From positions 416,001-480,000 of the forward strand of contig OZ245003.1 of assembly GCA_965223425.1 (NCBI GenBank): a stretch of 64,000 nucleotides of DNA, given 5' to 3'. Under the pieces are notes generated by a model. That model searched no databases and was not told the DNA's origin. It saw only the letters and a list, made by a program, of their open reading frames with translations. Each line of letters opens with the position of its first letter. The stretch's first letter is position 1. Made by a program: the position numbers and the translations under genes. Of the stretch, positions 31,343 through 41,418 are shown in pieces. The stretch comes from Nitrosopumilus sp. GTDB taxonomy: Archaea; Thermoproteota; Nitrososphaeria; Nitrososphaerales; Nitrosopumilaceae.

Positions 31343-31627
31343 TTAATCCAAAGTGATCTTTAGGAATATTATTAATCCTGCAAGTTCTGCAATTCCCACT
31401 CCTAACATGTATGGGAATATATCGTGAGAGAAGATCTCTTCCATTGAAAAGTAAGCCATAGCACCAATTATGTTATGTAAAAACAACATTCCTGCAACAA
31501 CAATCATACCTAATGGAAGCTGTGCTCTAGTCTTGCCATACATTTTTCCAAATATACAGATGAGAATTCCAAGTACGCCCATGTTTGCAATTGAAACAAT
31601 AGATAAGACTAGTGATGTAGACTCCAT
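31343..31627 (-). CDS. Small 3-TM membrane protein paired with a wHTH regulator
   Basis: Hydrophobic pattern similar to 5091-5393. Confidence 0.7.
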   Translation of the reverse strand: MESTSLVLSIVSIANMGVLGILICIFGKMYGKTRAQLPLGMIVVAGMLFLHNIIGAMAYFSMEEIFSHDIFPYMLGVGIAELAGLIIFLKITLD

Positions 31628-31652
31628 TTAGTCAAAAACACATCTTGAGCGT

Positions 31653-31955
31653 TTATTTACTTTTATCCAACTTTCCTTCAATTTCTTCACATGTCTCCAT
31701 ATTAACTTCAAGAAAGGTAGAGATGAAATAGGCTACGCCATATTTCCTCCCAACTTTAGTTATCATGTTATTTTTTTCAAGCACTCTAATGTGGTGCTGA
31801 ATAGCCTTGTAATCTAATCCCAATTCATTTGCTAGTTGATTAGTATTAAGTGGGTTTTCCTTTAATTTTGAGATAATTTTTAGTCGATTCAAGCCTCCTC
31901 GTGAACCTGCAAACACAAACCAAAGCAGCCTCTTTGCATCAGGATCATTTGCCAT
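31653..31955 (-). CDS. ArsR-like winged-HTH regulator
   Basis: LLWFVFAGSRGGLNRLKI...NTNQLANELGLDYKAIQHHIRVL. Confidence 0.87.
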   Translation of the reverse strand: MANDPDAKRLLWFVFAGSRGGLNRLKIISKLKENPLNTNQLANELGLDYKAIQHHIRVLEKNNMITKVGRKYGVAYFISTFLEVNMETCEEIEGKLDKSK

Positions 31956-32059
31956 GAGTAATGAAAATTTCTCCAGTATACCACTAAAAAGTATTTTGAG
32001 ATTAAATCAAAATAGAAAGTATAAAAAACATAGCCAGACAAATTTCTTTGAAGTAAGAT

Positions 32060-32941
32060 ATGATGTTAAACTATGATGCACCATTGTATAGACCACCTTC
32101 AGAAGCAAGATCGCTGATCTTCCAAGTAACGCTAGGCTGTTCATTTAACGAGTGTTCTTTTTGTGATATGTATAGATCAAAAGAATATTCTGAGAGATCA
32201 TGGGATGATATAAAAGCAGAAATTGACATGATGGCAAACTATTTGCCTGACACTAGAAGAATATTTCTTGCAGATGGGGATGCATTAAATCTTGACTCAG
32301 AATACATTATAAAAATTGTAAAATACATTAAAGCAAAATTTGCAAAGCTTGAAAGAATTTCTTGTTACGCAATGCCTATGAATATTCTACAAAAAACACC
32401 AGAGGAATTAAAGAAAATGAATGAAGCTGGACTGGATATGTTTTACTTGGGAATTGAAAGTGGATCAGACATTGTTCTAAAAAAAGTAACAAAGGGAGCC
32501 ATTGCAAAAACAATTATCAAATCAGTCAACAAAGCAAAGGAAGCAGGTTACATCATGTCATGTATGGTAATTTTGGGACTTGGTGGCAGAACATATTCTA
32601 AAGATCACATAAAAGGAACTGCCAAAGTGATCAGTGCATGTTCGCCACAATATGTGGGTGCTTTGACTCTCTATTTGGAGAACGGAATAAAACAAGAATT
32701 TCTTGATAAATATGAAGGAGAGTTCACTAGAATTAATGATGATGAATCATTAGACGAACTTGACGGCTTGATTAGTCAAATAGAAACCAAAGACAAGATT
32801 GTGTTTAGGGCAAATCATGGTTCAAACGCATACACAATCAAAGGTACATTCCCACAAGACAAGCAAGAGATGTTAGATAAAGTAGAATGGATGAAACAGC
32901 ATCCAGAAATCATGCGCCCTCAAGGACTAAGGGGATTCTAA
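32060..32941 (+). CDS. Radical SAM protein
   Basis: YRPPSEA..LIFQVTLGCSFNECSFC (CxxxCxxC-type), FLADGDAL, GIESG. Confidence 0.92.
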   Translation: MMLNYDAPLYRPPSEARSLIFQVTLGCSFNECSFCDMYRSKEYSERSWDDIKAEIDMMANYLPDTRRIFLADGDALNLDSEYIIKIVKYIKAKFAKLERISCYAMPMNILQKTPEELKKMNEAGLDMFYLGIESGSDIVLKKVTKGAIAKTIIKSVNKAKEAGYIMSCMVILGLGGRTYSKDHIKGTAKVISACSPQYVGALTLYLENGIKQEFLDKYEGEFTRINDDESLDELDGLISQIETKDKIVFRANHGSNAYTIKGTFPQDKQEMLDKVEWMKQHPEIMRPQGLRGF

Positions 32942-33390
32942 ATCAAAGTGTTTTGATTCAAATACACCACTTTGAAGATTTTAACTGAATAATCCCCTTC
33001 AAAGATTTTGGTTGTGTGTGTATTATCAGAGCTTAATACTCTGAATCTATACTCATAGGCACCATCTGAATCTATACTAGCCTGTGCAAAGTGAACTGCA
33101 TCATTATTTTTGAAAATTTGAATAATTACTGGATAGCCCTCAACATGGTTTGTAACATTTCCTTCAACAAATCCCCATGGCAACATGTTTGTTTGAGGTG
33201 CACTAAAGAGAAGAGTTGATTTTTCAAGTCCTATCATTGCATTTATTGGAATGATTTCAGTTTGTGATTCATGAGCGTGATCACCAATAATAGCTTGACC
33301 AAGATGAGGATGAGCAAATGCAGAGTCTAAAGAAAATGACAAAAGAACTGCCAAGGTAAAAATGCTTGAAAATAAAATAAACTTGTTCAT
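32938..33390 (-). CDS. Exported hypothetical protein
   Basis: Signal peptide ending AFA-HPH. Confidence 0.7.
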   Translation of the reverse strand: MNKFILFSSIFTLAVLLSFSLDSAFAHPHLGQAIIGDHAHESQTEIIPINAMIGLEKSTLLFSAPQTNMLPWGFVEGNVTNHVEGYPVIIQIFKNNDAVHFAQASIDSDGAYEYRFRVLSSDNTHTTKIFEGDYSVKIFKVVYLNQNTLI

Positions 33391-33434
33391 GTCAAAATAT
33401 AATTCAAGAGCAATTTAAGAATTTGCCCATTAAA

Positions 33435-34677
33435 CAGCTAAGCGAAGTGTGTCCCAAGCCTGAGATCATGTAGGCGGTTTGGACTGGCGTATGGGAAGCG
33501 ATTCCAGCTGCACCTTAAACGTCAGCATGGTCATGGCTCTGCCTTTCAGTGCCATCAGAAAGCATTGCCCTGACAATCACCCATTCATTGTACAATACCC
33601 GAGAATGGCAAAAGCACAGCATCTGCGATTCCATGTCTGTGATTCGTGTCTTGGCCCTGCACTCCTCGATTTTGCCGTACTCATCTTTATCCCCCATCTT
33701 TTGGCATAGACCTCGATCCTGACTGCGGGATGATTTGTTGCAAACCCGATGTATACCTCCTTCTGGGTCATCAGAGTCTTTGGCCTTTTTCCTGTCAGTT
33801 ATTATCATGGAATATTCAGCAGCAGAACCCAGGTTGTTTTCAATTACGTTCCCTGAGATCTTTCCTCTTTTCCCCTGTGCAAACTCTCGCAGGCGGCCAC
33901 CACGTTGTACGTGTTCCTGCACGGCATCAGAAACTTTACGTTGTTTTCCTGCAGCCTGCTTATCGCATCAACTGAGAAGAACTCACGGTCAAGCAACGCC
34001 AGGTGTATCCTGATGCCCCCATCCCTGCCATGGTTTTGAGGACGGCATCCACGTAATCAGGCACGGATTCGAGCATCTTCAGGTATGATGCGGCAAGAAC
34101 GATACGCATCTTGTCATTTACGCACTGGACTCATGTAACGCTCAAGTATTTGGTTCCGTTCTTGTATTTGGAACGTGTCAGCTCCGCCCCCGGTACCCTG
34201 TCATAGCGCGGTATGAGGTGCATATCGATTGCCATGTCCAGTCCTTTTTTTGGAAACCTGCCCAGTCTTTTGAGGGTTTCAAGATGCCTTGCTATCTGGC
34301 CCTCAAGCGCGTGCTGGATTGCATCCTGCTCATCCCTTGATTGCAGATGCAATCCACCTGTCAGACGGTGTGTTGCAGCGTTTGTGCCTTCGCCTTTGCG
34401 CATCTGCTACAGAAGAATCATGGTGGCAGCCTTTAGCATGCCGCGGTTCAGATCATCTGGTCCAAACGTTGCGTTGTACCTGTCTGATGTGTTGGCGCAT
34501 GCAAGCATGTTTTTGGCGCCGTCTGCAACGTCTTCATATATGCGTGGATTGTTTAGCAGTTCGCGGCCCTGTCTGGTTTTTTGTGTGAACAACAGAAATC
34601 ATGGGGTCGTACCCTCATTGATCTGCTTGCATTTTGTAGCCGATTTGGCCCGAATTAGAGCAGGTTTCGCTTAGCTG
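33435..34677 (-). mobile_element. Degenerate ISH3-like insertion sequence
   Basis: TIR CAGCTAAGCGAA/TTCGCTTAGCTG with ATTAAA duplicated on both flanks. Fragmented transposase (AIDMHLIPRYD; FATN...YAKRWGI). GC-rich. Confidence 0.85.
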
Positions 34678-34678
34678 A

Positions 34679-34930
34679 TTAAAGATTATCAATTATCGGT
34701 TTAAGATTTTCTGGCAGTTCTGGTAATTCAGTATGACTTTCATTGTTTTGAAGAATTTCCGGACCTATACGCCTAACTCGTTGAGTTCCAATAAGAGTAT
34801 CAATGTTTCTTTGAATATCCTTTTCTGATAAAATGGCCTTTAATTTTGTAACAACAGCTTCTTCATTTTCATATTTTTTGATCCCATATTGAACAAGAAT
34901 AGTTTTTTCATCCGAAGAAAATTCTGTCAT
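34679..34930 (-). CDS. Small hypothetical protein
   Basis: Clean ORF. Its stop codon lies within the IS target duplication. Confidence 0.7.
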   Translation of the reverse strand: MTEFSSDEKTILVQYGIKKYENEEAVVTKLKAILSEKDIQRNIDTLIGTQRVRRIGPEILQNNESHTELPELPENLKPIIDNL

Positions 34931-35011
34931 AGTTGCATCAAAAGTCTCAGGCTAATAATTGTTGATTAATGAACAATAATTAAAATATGATGAATGACAA
35001 ATTAGTTCCAC

Positions 35012-35503
35012 TTGGAAAGCAAATTACAAATAATTTCAAATGTGTTGACTATGAAAAGATACGCTACAATTACGGTAATTAGTGGAGTGGGGTTGGGAAT
35101 AATTTATTATTTTTTGACAATGTCATTACTGCCTACTCATTTTGATGTTGCAATAGAGAATTTTCCTTCTTACATTGCTACGTCAATTGGGTTAACAGTA
35201 GTAATTTCGGCTTTGGCTGGAATTAATTTTGGATTAATGGCATTTAAAATGAAGCAGCTGAGAATGACAAATTCAGTAAAATCAAACTCTTCAGCTGTAC
35301 TTGGAGGAGCTTTTGCAGCATTTACTCCTGGATGTCCTGCATGTACTGCACCTTTAGCGGTAATTTTAGGTGCAGTTGGAGGATTGCCGTTGTTTCCAAT
35401 GCAAGGATTGGAATTAAAATTAATTTCAGTATGTGTTTTAATTTTCTCCATCTATTGGATTACAGGGGGACTTCAAAGCAAGAGCTGCTGTAAGATAGGA
35501 TAA
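35012..35503 (+). CDS. Membrane protein with GCPAC motif (possible metal/thiol handling)
   Basis: Four TM segments, PGCPACTAPL, C-terminal SCC. Confidence 0.7.
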   Translation: MESKLQIISNVLTMKRYATITVISGVGLGIIYYFLTMSLLPTHFDVAIENFPSYIATSIGLTVVISALAGINFGLMAFKMKQLRMTNSVKSNSSAVLGGAFAAFTPGCPACTAPLAVILGAVGGLPLFPMQGLELKLISVCVLIFSIYWITGGLQSKSCCKIG

Positions 35504-35661
35504 GGATAAGTAATTATCTAAAGAGTAATTTTTGATGGATTTCTATACAACTTGGTATTCTCAGAGTGGATAATTCTCTTAGTTGGCGAGATTTCCAACT
35601 AAAAAGAGTACGTTCATGCGGATTAGAAAATATTTATCACTTAGAATGTTTACTGTTAATT

Positions 35662-36009
35662 ATGGAAATTGAAGAAGCTGTTGAAAAGGTTTTGAAGGTA
35701 AGTCCATCCGTTAGAGTCGTCAGTGTTTGCGATCTAAGGGGTAAGTTGGTTTACTCAGCACGTTCAAAGAAGGTGAGGATCCTAGTGTCAAAGAAACAAA
35801 GCTTAGCATCACTAAAGGCTGCAGCAGTAGATTGGAGAAAACGAAAAAAACTCATGAAAACATTAGGCGCATGCAAATACGTTGTTGCAGAATATGACAA
35901 AGTCAAAAGAATAGTGATTCCAGCTGGAAAGGATTACATCTTGTATGTAACTACCACTGCCTCCTTAGATCATAACAAAGTTGTTCGTAAGGTACGCTCT
36001 TTTAGGTAG
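35662..36009 (+). CDS. Thaumarchaeal roadblock/DUF6659-like protein
   Basis: VRVVSVCDLRGKLV...LGACKYVVAEYDKVKRIVIP pattern. Confidence 0.65.
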   Translation: MEIEEAVEKVLKVSPSVRVVSVCDLRGKLVYSARSKKVRILVSKKQSLASLKAAAVDWRKRKKLMKTLGACKYVVAEYDKVKRIVIPAGKDYILYVTTTASLDHNKVVRKVRSFR

Positions 36010-36048
36010 TCATACCTAGTATTTTTTTTTGAACCAACATGGAGTTTC

Positions 36049-36300
36049 TCAGAGTTTTCTTTTTTTGGTGCCTCTTCCTGAACTAACCCACATGCCTTTT
36101 GTAGATGTGATTTTGGTACTTTTAATGTCACCAAATTTTATCTTACCAGTGCCTCTTCCCGTAGTGATATACGCATCCTTAGATGCCGCTTTTCTTGCCT
36201 CTTGAACTTTTTTGAATTCTTCACCAGACCATTTTGTGGCATCGCTATCAACTTCGATAATTTTTGTGCCTCTTCCACTTCGTATTCTAATTTTGACCAA
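36049..36300 (-). CDS. Small basic protein with three (S/T)GRGT repeats
   Basis: SGRGT, TGRGT, SGRGT. TTG start. Confidence 0.55.
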   Translation of the reverse strand: MVKIRIRSGRGTKIIEVDSDATKWSGEEFKKVQEARKAASKDAYITTGRGTGKIKFGDIKSTKITSTKGMWVSSGRGTKKRKL

Positions 36301-36727
36301 GATTTATCAATATTTTAGGGGAATTATCATTAATAAAATTTTAAATTTTCTTGCTTCCAGTCTTCGTTCTTAACTGCTTTACAACAGATACGTCCATGAT
36401 TTAAGATCATCAGGAAATATTACCAATAACCCACTATCTTTTTTGATGCCTCCACAGGTACCACTAGCTTTGTTTGTTTTGTCCAAAACAACCTAATTCT
36501 ATGTAAAAATCAAATTCAGAAGTGGCAAAGTGTTCTTGCTGTATAGAGGATGGAACAAAGTATGCCGCTCGGATAATAAATGAACATATGCAGAGTATTT
36601 GTGTGTCACCTGCTGATTTTCTGATGCGAAAAACAAATGGCCAAAAAATGCGTTAACAAAGATCACTGAAAATGCAATTATGGGAATAACCCCCTAAGAT
36701 TTTTTCATATTATACATTACGGATTAC

Positions 36728-37174
36728 TTAGGTATCAAATCTGCGTGCAAATTTGATTTTTGATTTAAGATAGTCATGATCATAGCAAGTAAGTTCTAAC
36801 TTGTTTCCATCAGGGTCGTCAAAGTAAATCGAATACGACAAGTCATGATCTACCACCTTATCTCTAGTGACCTTTTCCTGTAGAAGAAATAAATCCAAAC
36901 TATTTATTCTATTAAGAAAATCAATGAATTTTTCTCCAGTGGTTCTAAAGGCCATTCTGTTAATGGAACCATCGTTCTCTTTTGTTCCATTTATCATAGC
37001 AAGCGTAACAGATCTATCCTCATTTCCAATAAACAGAGGACCAATCTTTGACCACGCCTCAAGTTCCTTTATTGGTTTTAATCCAAAAATTTCTTCATAC
37101 CATTTAGCAGCTTTTTTCCGATTAGTTACAAACATTTCAACATGATCAATACCTTCAATTGAAAAATCAGCCAA
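36728..37174 (-). CDS. VOC/glyoxalase family protein
   Basis: IDHVEMFV...WYEEIFGL...SIYFDDPDGNKLEL. Confidence 0.88.
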   Translation of the reverse strand: MADFSIEGIDHVEMFVTNRKKAAKWYEEIFGLKPIKELEAWSKIGPLFIGNEDRSVTLAMINGTKENDGSINRMAFRTTGEKFIDFLNRINSLDLFLLQEKVTRDKVVDHDLSYSIYFDDPDGNKLELTCYDHDYLKSKIKFARRFDT

Positions 37175-37202
37175 TATGACTAGTTTAGAATTATGCTTAT
37201 TA

Positions 37203-37658
37203 TTAATTCTCTGGATTCAATGTAAATGAAAGGGCAGATTGCTCAAATCCCAAACGTTCGTAGAATTTATGAGAGTCTTTTCGTTGATTTCCTGATTCCA
37301 GTCTAATCCTATGACATTTTTTTTCTTTTGCAAGAGTAATACATGAATTGATTAGCTTTTTGCCAATTCCTCGGTTTTGGTACTTTTCAAGAACAACCAA
37401 CTCTGGAACATACATCTCCAAAGTGTCTCGATTTAGTCTTGGCAAAAATACCATGCTTATCATGCCAACTATTTTCATATCATCAAATACGGCAACAAGA
37501 ATTTGTTTATCCGAGTTTGTAGCATATTTTTTTATTAATTTTCTGAATGTGTCAACGTCAGAATCCTTTTGGACTTTTGGACGTCCTAGATCATATAACA
37601 ATCCAAGAATTATGGGAATATCTTTGTCAGACGCTTCTCGAATTGTTATGTTTTCCAT
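37203..37658 (-). CDS. GNAT family N-acetyltransferase
   Basis: LVVLEKYQNRGIGKKL...HKFYERLGF. Confidence 0.9.
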   Translation of the reverse strand: MENITIREASDKDIPIILGLLYDLGRPKVQKDSDVDTFRKLIKKYATNSDKQILVAVFDDMKIVGMISMVFLPRLNRDTLEMYVPELVVLEKYQNRGIGKKLINSCITLAKEKKCHRIRLESGNQRKDSHKFYERLGFEQSALSFTLNPEN

Positions 37659-38665
37659 CAAGGAGACAAGCCATTTTAGCAATAAAAATGGACGCAGGTG
37701 GTGGCATCCAGTCACAAAAATTATCTAAACATTTCTGCCCAGATTCATAAAAATAGGCCGAACAAGTCATAACTAGGAATATTTGTCACTTGACAACCTG
37801 TATCCTCCTTCTGCCACTGTTAATCTGTTCCCTTGAGACTTGGATTGATTGAAAACTTTCAGATACCTCAAAATATGATGGATTGACACCTTTCAAGCAA
37901 GCCATAACTTTTGAGCAATCCTGCAAACATGAATCTGATCAAGCTAGCAAATAAAAATGTCAAAACTCCGTCTTTGAATGATTAACCGGCTCAATTGCCA
38001 AGTTAGCGATAAAACTGAGAACAAACAATCCTGTAAATCCCAATCCCGCACCAGCAATAATTTTTTTAATTTTACTCATTTGCGGTAATTTTGTTTTTCG
38101 TTTTATCATTGAATAGCTTGTTTCATTGTCTTGACCAAACAAAAACGATTATGGCATATCCAATTCCAGTAAGAGACTCTATACGTTCTGCTAGAAACAC
38201 AGAAAGATCTGTAGTATAAACTGAGAAAAAAATTTCATATTGTACTGAAAAAACAATTATGTCACAACACAATTTTTTAATCCTGTACATTGCCCATAGA
38301 TCAAAATCTGGAAATATTGCACCAATTACTTGCCAGAATAAACCTACTTTTTTTTAAACGCAGGCTTTTCAGAATTTTTTTGTTTTTCATAAAGGAATTT
38401 TGTGCCGCCAAAAACATTAACAGACTTTCAAGCACTAATGACGATATGCCGAAATTTGCATCTGGGAAAAATTCCAAACCACCGTCTATGAATTGTGGAT
38501 TCACAAGCTCTGCTATTATCATAAAAATAGCACCAACTATGATGGTAATGCCTGAACCAATAATTGGCAAAGAACTGTGTTTTACCATGAGTTTAGATTA
38601 TGATTCTCATACATTACCGTCTGTATGTTATTTTGAATAACATTGGTATGCAATTAGGCATAAAA

Positions 38666-38684
38666 TGGATCCACGGGATTTCAA
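38666..38684 (-). repeat. Degenerate copy of the tRNA-Val 3' end (putative outer att site)
   Basis: TGGATCCACGGGATTTCAA versus TGGGCCCACGGGGATTTGAA at 58910. Confidence 0.45.
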
Positions 38685-38934
38685 GTCTTAGTGACTGTTT
38701 GAGGCCCAAAATTTTGCCAAATTTTAGTTATAATTAACAAAAAATAGCAACTATAACTAACGTTAGAATCTTAAAAAAGTCTTGGAATTTTCCAACATCA
38801 ATTTACGCATAATGTTTTGTTACAAGTAAAAATTATTGGTAATGTCAAGCACAATCACACGTAATATTATTGCAAATTAAGAGCGTAATTTGTAATTTTT
38901 TAGCAATTATATTATGAATGTCTATTAGAATGGA

Positions 38935-39657
38935 TTATTCATTTTCATCAATAGATACAAATGTTATACTAGATTTAAATTCTTTAATACCTTCTGAATT
39001 TTGTTGTGAATTATAAACTTCAATAAATTTTGAAACTATCTTCCTATCCCATAATTCGATATTATTTTTTTGTGCTAGCTCTTTTGCAGAATTTGTAAAT
39101 ATAGAATTTGTAACCACAATTCCTTTGTGTACATTATACCATGCAATTGCTCCTAAAACTTCTTGAACAGCACTGTTGGTTACTTTTTTATCTATGGAGA
39201 ATCGTTTGGTCTGAAGAACTAATTTTTCATCACCTCTTTTAGCAAGTATATCTCCTCCTTGATCACCACTACCTCGAGTTATGCTAACATCAGTAAATTT
39301 GTTAAATTCCATTATTTTCGCAATGAAACTTTCAAAAGCAAAACCATCTAACTTGTCTGCATCAAAGACAGATATTTTTTCAAAAGATTCTTTATTTTTT
39401 GATGTGTTTTGGACAGGAATGGTTGATAAATCAATGTCAGAAAGTTCCAAATCTAACAATTCAAGAAGTTTTCTAGCCTCAAAATTTTGTCCAATTATTT
39501 TTGGTATAATATGCATTGCAAAATCTGTTTTAGATTCAGAATTCGTCATATTATGATCACATGCGTAATGATAAATTGCATTGTGAAGAGTTTTTTCACC
39601 TTCAAAATTACCCCAAAAATTAGTTAATTCATCAACATTAGTAAAATGTGCACACAT
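38935..39657 (-). CDS. Mrr-like (Mrr_cat) restriction endonuclease domain protein
   Basis: LDGFAFESFIA...TRGSGDQGGDILA...LQTKRF...AVQEV...VVTNSIFTNSAKELA...IELWDR. Confidence 0.9.
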   Translation of the reverse strand: MCAHFTNVDELTNFWGNFEGEKTLHNAIYHYACDHNMTNSESKTDFAMHIIPKIIGQNFEARKLLELLDLELSDIDLSTIPVQNTSKNKESFEKISVFDADKLDGFAFESFIAKIMEFNKFTDVSITRGSGDQGGDILAKRGDEKLVLQTKRFSIDKKVTNSAVQEVLGAIAWYNVHKGIVVTNSIFTNSAKELAQKNNIELWDRKIVSKFIEVYNSQQNSEGIKEFKSSITFVSIDENE

Positions 39658-39658
39658 A

Positions 39659-41416
39659 TTATCGCCATCCTCCTTTCTTATCTATTATAATTTTCTTCAG
39701 ATTTTTATGATAAACTATGATTTTACTACCTAACATTTTTTTTGCTTTATAGATACAGTATTGGTTATTTTCAGATAATTCCCATTTTTTATATTTCTTT
39801 AAATCCGAATTTGTCGCAATAACCTTCTGAACTAAAGAATTGTCCCTTTCTACCTCCGATAAACTTGAGCAACTCTTACATAATTTGTCTCTTAGACAAT
39901 TGTTACTGTATATCTGTTCACAGAATTTGCATGTTGTTGAATCCTTTGTACAGTGAATTTCATCACAAATAGCACAAATTTGTCTATCATTTGGACAAAA
40001 TTGTTTATTACATTGAAAACATATTTCAAAGTCTACACTACATGTTCGTTTGTTACACCCATAACAAGAAACAATAGATCTATTACAAAATTTCTTTTGA
40101 CAATATTGACAATTATCATTACAAAAGAAGCATGTGATTTTAGAGCAATGAGAACAGTGCATTAGATGTTTTTCACAGGTTAACTCGTTACAAAAATTAC
40201 ATTGAACAGAACAATCAGTACATACACCTTCTTTGCAAATATAACAGGGGTTAAGTTCAGAAGTACACTCAATACACACATCTTTTTGACATTTGACACA
40301 GTGGTTTACACATAATCCACATATTACATGCGAGTTTACACACAAATAGTTTTTTTCTGCCTGTTTATTACAAATCTCACAAATTAGTATGAATTCTTGT
40401 GAGGGTTCGAAGAATTTAGTTTGAATCGCTTTCTCAGTAAATTTATTTTTTAATGTAATTTTGCAGTTTGATGAACTATACGAATAAGCAGTTCCCGCAA
40501 TTAATGAGAAATCAATTATGGGACGATACCTCTTTTCAATCTGTTGAATCTGTACTTCTTTATCTTTGGTTAATCTCTCAATCTGTTTAATTGCTTTATC
40601 CTCTGCTTTTTTAATTCGTTCCGATTGTTTTTCTTTTTCTTTAATATATTTATTTTGAGTATCTACATAGCGTGCATTAATTATTTTTCTATCAAACTCT
40701 TTTAGTTTTGATTGTTGATATGAGACATCACCATTAATTTCTTCAAGTCGCCTAATATGAGCTTGATTCAACGAATTCGAATCTTGAGTGATGCTATCTC
40801 GTGTTTTGGAAACATATTTCGTTGCTAATGGTTCCATCTCAATTTCTAATGATTTGGTAGCATTACTGTAACAGTAATCTATTCGTGGATCGTCTTTTTC
40901 ATATCTAATTGTGCCTAGTTCTGCATCTAATTGAATTTCAGAGGGAAAATCAAGCGGCAATAGAGTTTCAAAATCAATGTCTATCCATCTTAGCATGGAA
41001 ATACTTTTGATGCTTTTTACGGTAATATTGAAATAAAATCTAATCGCCATTTTCATATCTTCTGAGAAATTATCCAAAGTCACATGACAGTTGTGAGTAG
41101 GTATTTTATCCAAACATTCTGTTGGTGATTCAATTTGTTTTTTTAAATGACCCCAGGTTACTGGTGCCTGTTTTTTGATTTCACCAAGTATTATTGCAAG
41201 AAAGTTACTTCCCGGAACTACCCATTCACATGAATGAACATCAGCTACTGAATGCTCAAAAGTTATTCTCTTTGTTATTCCACCAAACAATGACTCATAA
41301 TCAGTTGGAAAGGTAATCGTGTAAAGTCCGTGAGTCTCATCTATTGCAGCATTGATTTTTTTCAAAAAGCTTAATGTTAAATCTTTTGAATATTCCAAAA
41401 GTATTTGATCATCCAA
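39659..41416 (-). CDS. SNF2-partner protein (YqhG-like N-terminus, coiled coil, long array of CxxC zinc-binding repeats)
   Basis: KRITFE...VVPGSNFL near the N-terminus. About a dozen C-x2-C-x4-C repeats at a ~14-aa period. Confidence 0.7.
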   Translation of the reverse strand: MDDQILLEYSKDLTLSFLKKINAAIDETHGLYTITFPTDYESLFGGITKRITFEHSVADVHSCEWVVPGSNFLAIILGEIKKQAPVTWGHLKKQIESPTECLDKIPTHNCHVTLDNFSEDMKMAIRFYFNITVKSIKSISMLRWIDIDFETLLPLDFPSEIQLDAELGTIRYEKDDPRIDYCYSNATKSLEIEMEPLATKYVSKTRDSITQDSNSLNQAHIRRLEEINGDVSYQQSKLKEFDRKIINARYVDTQNKYIKEKEKQSERIKKAEDKAIKQIERLTKDKEVQIQQIEKRYRPIIDFSLIAGTAYSYSSSNCKITLKNKFTEKAIQTKFFEPSQEFILICEICNKQAEKNYLCVNSHVICGLCVNHCVKCQKDVCIECTSELNPCYICKEGVCTDCSVQCNFCNELTCEKHLMHCSHCSKITCFFCNDNCQYCQKKFCNRSIVSCYGCNKRTCSVDFEICFQCNKQFCPNDRQICAICDEIHCTKDSTTCKFCEQIYSNNCLRDKLCKSCSSLSEVERDNSLVQKVIATNSDLKKYKKWELSENNQYCIYKAKKMLGSKIIVYHKNLKKIIIDKKGGWR

Positions 41417-41418
41417 GA